IMG/VR virus record: IMGVR_UViG_3300042393_000404 | Span: 1 to 27,297 of that record | Origin: a virus | Lineage: Duplodnaviria > Caudoviricetes | DNA length: 27,297 nucleotides | Strand: one strand, 5' to 3' | In this document: positions 25,078 through 27,297 of the stretch, one piece after another | Position numbering within the stretch: position 1 is the first letter of the stretch | Layout of the letters: the number at the start of each line of letters is the position of its first letter | Position numbers and translations under genes: made by a program | Notes under the pieces: model-generated | Databases searched by the model: none | What the model saw: the letters and a program-made list of their open reading frames with translations, nothing else | What the model was told of the DNA's origin: nothing

Positions 25078-25310
25078 CAACAGAAATTTTAAGTCAAGGG
25101 GAAGAAATTGATTGGTCAAAACCTCAATGGGTTATTTCAATTGTAAATCAATTGGTTTATACAACTGGAAAGCATGATGGAATTAATTTTTCAGGCTCAG
25201 TCTTACCACATGAGTCTTCACCGCAAGGAGAGTTTTGTGTAAATTGGAATAAATCATGTTTCAAACCAATCCCAACAGAAGGTCTAGTAATTAAAATCAA
25301 AAACAAATAA
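25074..25310 (+). CDS. Hypothetical protein
   Basis: 78 aa, ATGA-coupled. Confidence 0.7.
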   Translation: MTTEILSQGEEIDWSKPQWVISIVNQLVYTTGKHDGINFSGSVLPHESSPQGEFCVNWNKSCFKPIPTEGLVIKIKNK

Positions 25311-25312
25311 AT

Positions 25313-25672
25313 ATGAGTAAGTTCAAATTAACAGGAGTATTGAAAGTAAAGAATGAAACCAATCAGGTATCAGAAAAATTTTCAAAAAGAGAGTTCGTTA
25401 TTACGGACGGCAGTTCGATGTACCCGCAAGACATTATGTTCCAATTGACGCAAGACAAGTGCAATCTGTTGGACGGTCTGACAGTCGGTCAGTCGGTCGA
25501 GGTTGACTTCGATATTAAAGGCAGAATGTGGCAAAGCCCTCAAGGTGAAGAGAAATATTTCAATTCACTAGAGGCATGGAGAATTACACCACAGTCGGCA
25601 GCAACGCCAACACCTATCGTGGTTGCTCAAGCTACAACGCAAGTAGCTGAAGATGACGGACTTCCGTTCTGA
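25313..25672 (+). CDS. Single-stranded DNA-binding protein (DUF3127-like)
   Basis: FSKREFVI...YPQ.I.FQL.QDKC...F.IKGR.W...YFNSLEAWRI, acidic tail DDGLPF. Confidence 0.9.
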   Translation: MSKFKLTGVLKVKNETNQVSEKFSKREFVITDGSSMYPQDIMFQLTQDKCNLLDGLTVGQSVEVDFDIKGRMWQSPQGEEKYFNSLEAWRITPQSAATPTPIVVAQATTQVAEDDGLPF

Positions 25673-25686
25673 TATGAAGTAAAATT

Positions 25687-25713
25687 ACCCGTGAGAAGAC
25701 GCATCTCACGGGT
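25687..25713 (+). terminator. 10-bp perfect hairpin between ssb and primase
   Basis: ACCCGTGAGA-agacgca-TCTCACGGGT; weak U-tail. Confidence 0.55.
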
Positions 25714-25732
25714 TAACCTTTGATAATAAATT

Positions 25733-27297
25733 ATGAGAAATATAACAATATTTAAAGACATTCATTCAACAGACGCTCCATATCATGTGAGCATTGAGTC
25801 TTTGTTTGAACGCATAAAGAATGGTCAATCAAAGGACACGGTAGAATTAATACGCTCGACAAAAGAAAAGAAAGACAGGAACGAACTAAAGAAAAAGTTA
25901 CCGAGCATTTGTTTCTCAGGAACATTTAAAGGTAGGAATGACGCTGACTTATTAAATCACTCAGGATTTATTTGTCTTGACTTTGATGGGTTTAACAGTG
26001 AAGATGAGATTGCATCATTCAGAGATGGTATTGAGAATGATGTTTACACATACGCTTGCTTCCTATCACCCTCTGGTGACGGTCTGAAAGTTTTAGTAAT
26101 GATTCCACAAGAAGCTGAGAATCATAAGTCATACTTCAAGGCACTACAGAAATATTACAATTCTCCAAACTTTGATAAGTCCTGCTCGAATATCAGCCGT
26201 GTGTGTTACGAGTCCTATGACCCTAATATTTTTGTTAATGATTTCCCGTGTCTATGGACCGAGAAATTTATTGAGCCAAAAGTTTTTAAGAAAGAAAAAG
26301 TTGTTCTACGTATCGACAGCGATGATGAGATAATCAAAAAGCTTCTCGCTTGGTGGAACAAAAAGTTCGGAATGATTGACGGACAGAAGAACACTAATCT
26401 GTTTATTCTAGCGTCTGCTTTCAACGATTTTGGTATCGACCAAGCAACAGCATTGTCGACTATACTTCAGTTCGATGAGGGCGGTAAAACTGAAGAGATA
26501 ACGAACATTCATCGGTCCGCTTATAAGTCAACATCTACATTCGGTACTAAATCATTTGAGGACTTAGACCAAATAGATGAAATTGTCAAGATGTATTCAT
26601 TGAATATGTCAGTCGAGAAAATATCTAAGGTCACTAAAAAGCCTGTGCATATCATCGAGGAGGTTGTCGAGAAGTTTAAACCTGGTGTCTTTTGGACTGT
26701 ATCAAGCAAGGGCGTTGTAACTATTATCAATCATAAATACCGAGATTTCTTGGTAGATAATGGCTTTCATAAATTCTACCCGTCAGGCTCACAGAACTTT
26801 GTTTTTATCAGAATCATTAACAACCGTATTTACAATATTACTGAGGACATCATCAAAGATTTTGTGCTTGAGTTCTTGGAGTCACTAGAGGATATGGCAG
26901 TGTATGATTTTTATGCTGAGAAAACTAAATTAGCTAAGGAAGATTTTTTGTCCTTCTTGCCATCTATTACGCCTAAATTTATGAAGGACAGTAAAGATTG
27001 TAGCTACATTTATTACAGAAACTGTGTTGTAAAAGTAACTAAGCTAGGTATCGAGCAAATACCTTATACTGAGTTATCGGGTGTTATTTGGGACAAACAA
27101 ATTGTCGAGCGTGACTATATCGAGTCAGACTTTAGTGATTGTGAGTTTAAGAAATTCGTAAAAAATATATCTGGTGGCGATGACAAACGTCAACAAGCGA
27201 TGGAGTCAACGATTGGTTTCTTGCTTCATTCACACAAACCATCGGATTTTTGTCCTGCCGTTATACTTAACGATGAGATGATTTCAGACAATCCTGA
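25733..27297 (+). CDS. Primase-helicase (BT4734/VirE-N AEP-type N-terminus, PriCT-like middle), truncated at window edge; not in ORF track
   Basis: MRNITIFKD...KKKLPSICFSGTF...HSGFICLDFD...LSPSGDGLKVLV...SRVCYESYDP...NLFILASAFNDFG...; the last codons MISDNP are in frame. A helicase P-loop is inferred just beyond the edge. Confidence 0.85.
   Translation, partial: MRNITIFKDIHSTDAPYHVSIESLFERIKNGQSKDTVELIRSTKEKKDRNELKKKLPSICFSGTFKGRNDADLLNHSGFICLDFDGFNSEDEIASFRDGIENDVYTYACFLSPSGDGLKVLVMIPQEAENHKSYFKALQKYYNSPNFDKSCSNISRVCYESYDPNIFVNDFPCLWTEKFIEPKVFKKEKVVLRIDSDDEIIKKLLAWWNKKFGMIDGQKNTNLFILASAFNDFGIDQATALSTILQFDEGGKTEEITNIHRSAYKSTSTFGTKSFEDLDQIDEIVKMYSLNMSVEKISKVTKKPVHIIEEVVEKFKPGVFWTVSSKGVVTIINHKYRDFLVDNGFHKFYPSGSQNFVFIRIINNRIYNITEDIIKDFVLEFLESLEDMAVYDFYAEKTKLAKEDFLSFLPSITPKFMKDSKDCSYIYYRNCVVKVTKLGIEQIPYTELSGVIWDKQIVERDYIESDFSDCEFKKFVKNISGGDDKRQQAMESTIGFLLHSHKPSDFCPAVILNDEMISDNP

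Noticed and set aside
13109-26730. Minus-strand ORFs in the right arm (13109, 14164, 15147, 15680, 16154, 16771, 17950, 20242, 23036, 23493, 26215, 26521)
   Set aside because: Antisense to a contiguous + strand gene array; the last two lie within the primase
1-27297. Alternative genetic code (stop reassignment seen in some crAss-like phages)
   Set aside because: Long genes are intact under the standard code, and TAA, TAG and TGA all end genes at sensible positions

Overview
Fragment of an AT-rich tailed bacteriophage genome. The host is probably Bacteroidota/Flavobacteriia, based on TAnnTTTG promoter elements, A/T-rich start regions with no Shine-Dalgarno sequence, a DUF3127-like SSB and a BT4734/VirE-N-type primase. 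Two arms diverge from a ~1.4 kb non-coding zone (9655-11113). The leftward arm carries a holin, a probable unimolecular spanin, a head-spike base plus a BspA/DUF285 adhesin, groEL-groES, a metallophosphoesterase and hypotheticals. The rightward arm carries small early genes and membrane micropeptides, an amidoligase and class II glutamine amidotransferase split by a GIY-YIG endonuclease, a C5 methyltransferase, an HNH endonuclease, an exonuclease, an SSB and a truncated primase-helicase. The most notable unexplained signals are: (1) two homologous, internally palindromic ~280-300 bp iteron/AT-core elements in inverted orientation 8 kb apart; (2) a ~460 nt hairpin-dense putative ncRNA behind the first early gene; (3) a tRNA mimic lacking an anticodon arm inside a second structured region; (4) two homing endonucleases that appear to have inserted into gene 5' ends and rebuilt recoded starts. 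All family calls come from reading motifs by eye; no searches or folding programs were run.
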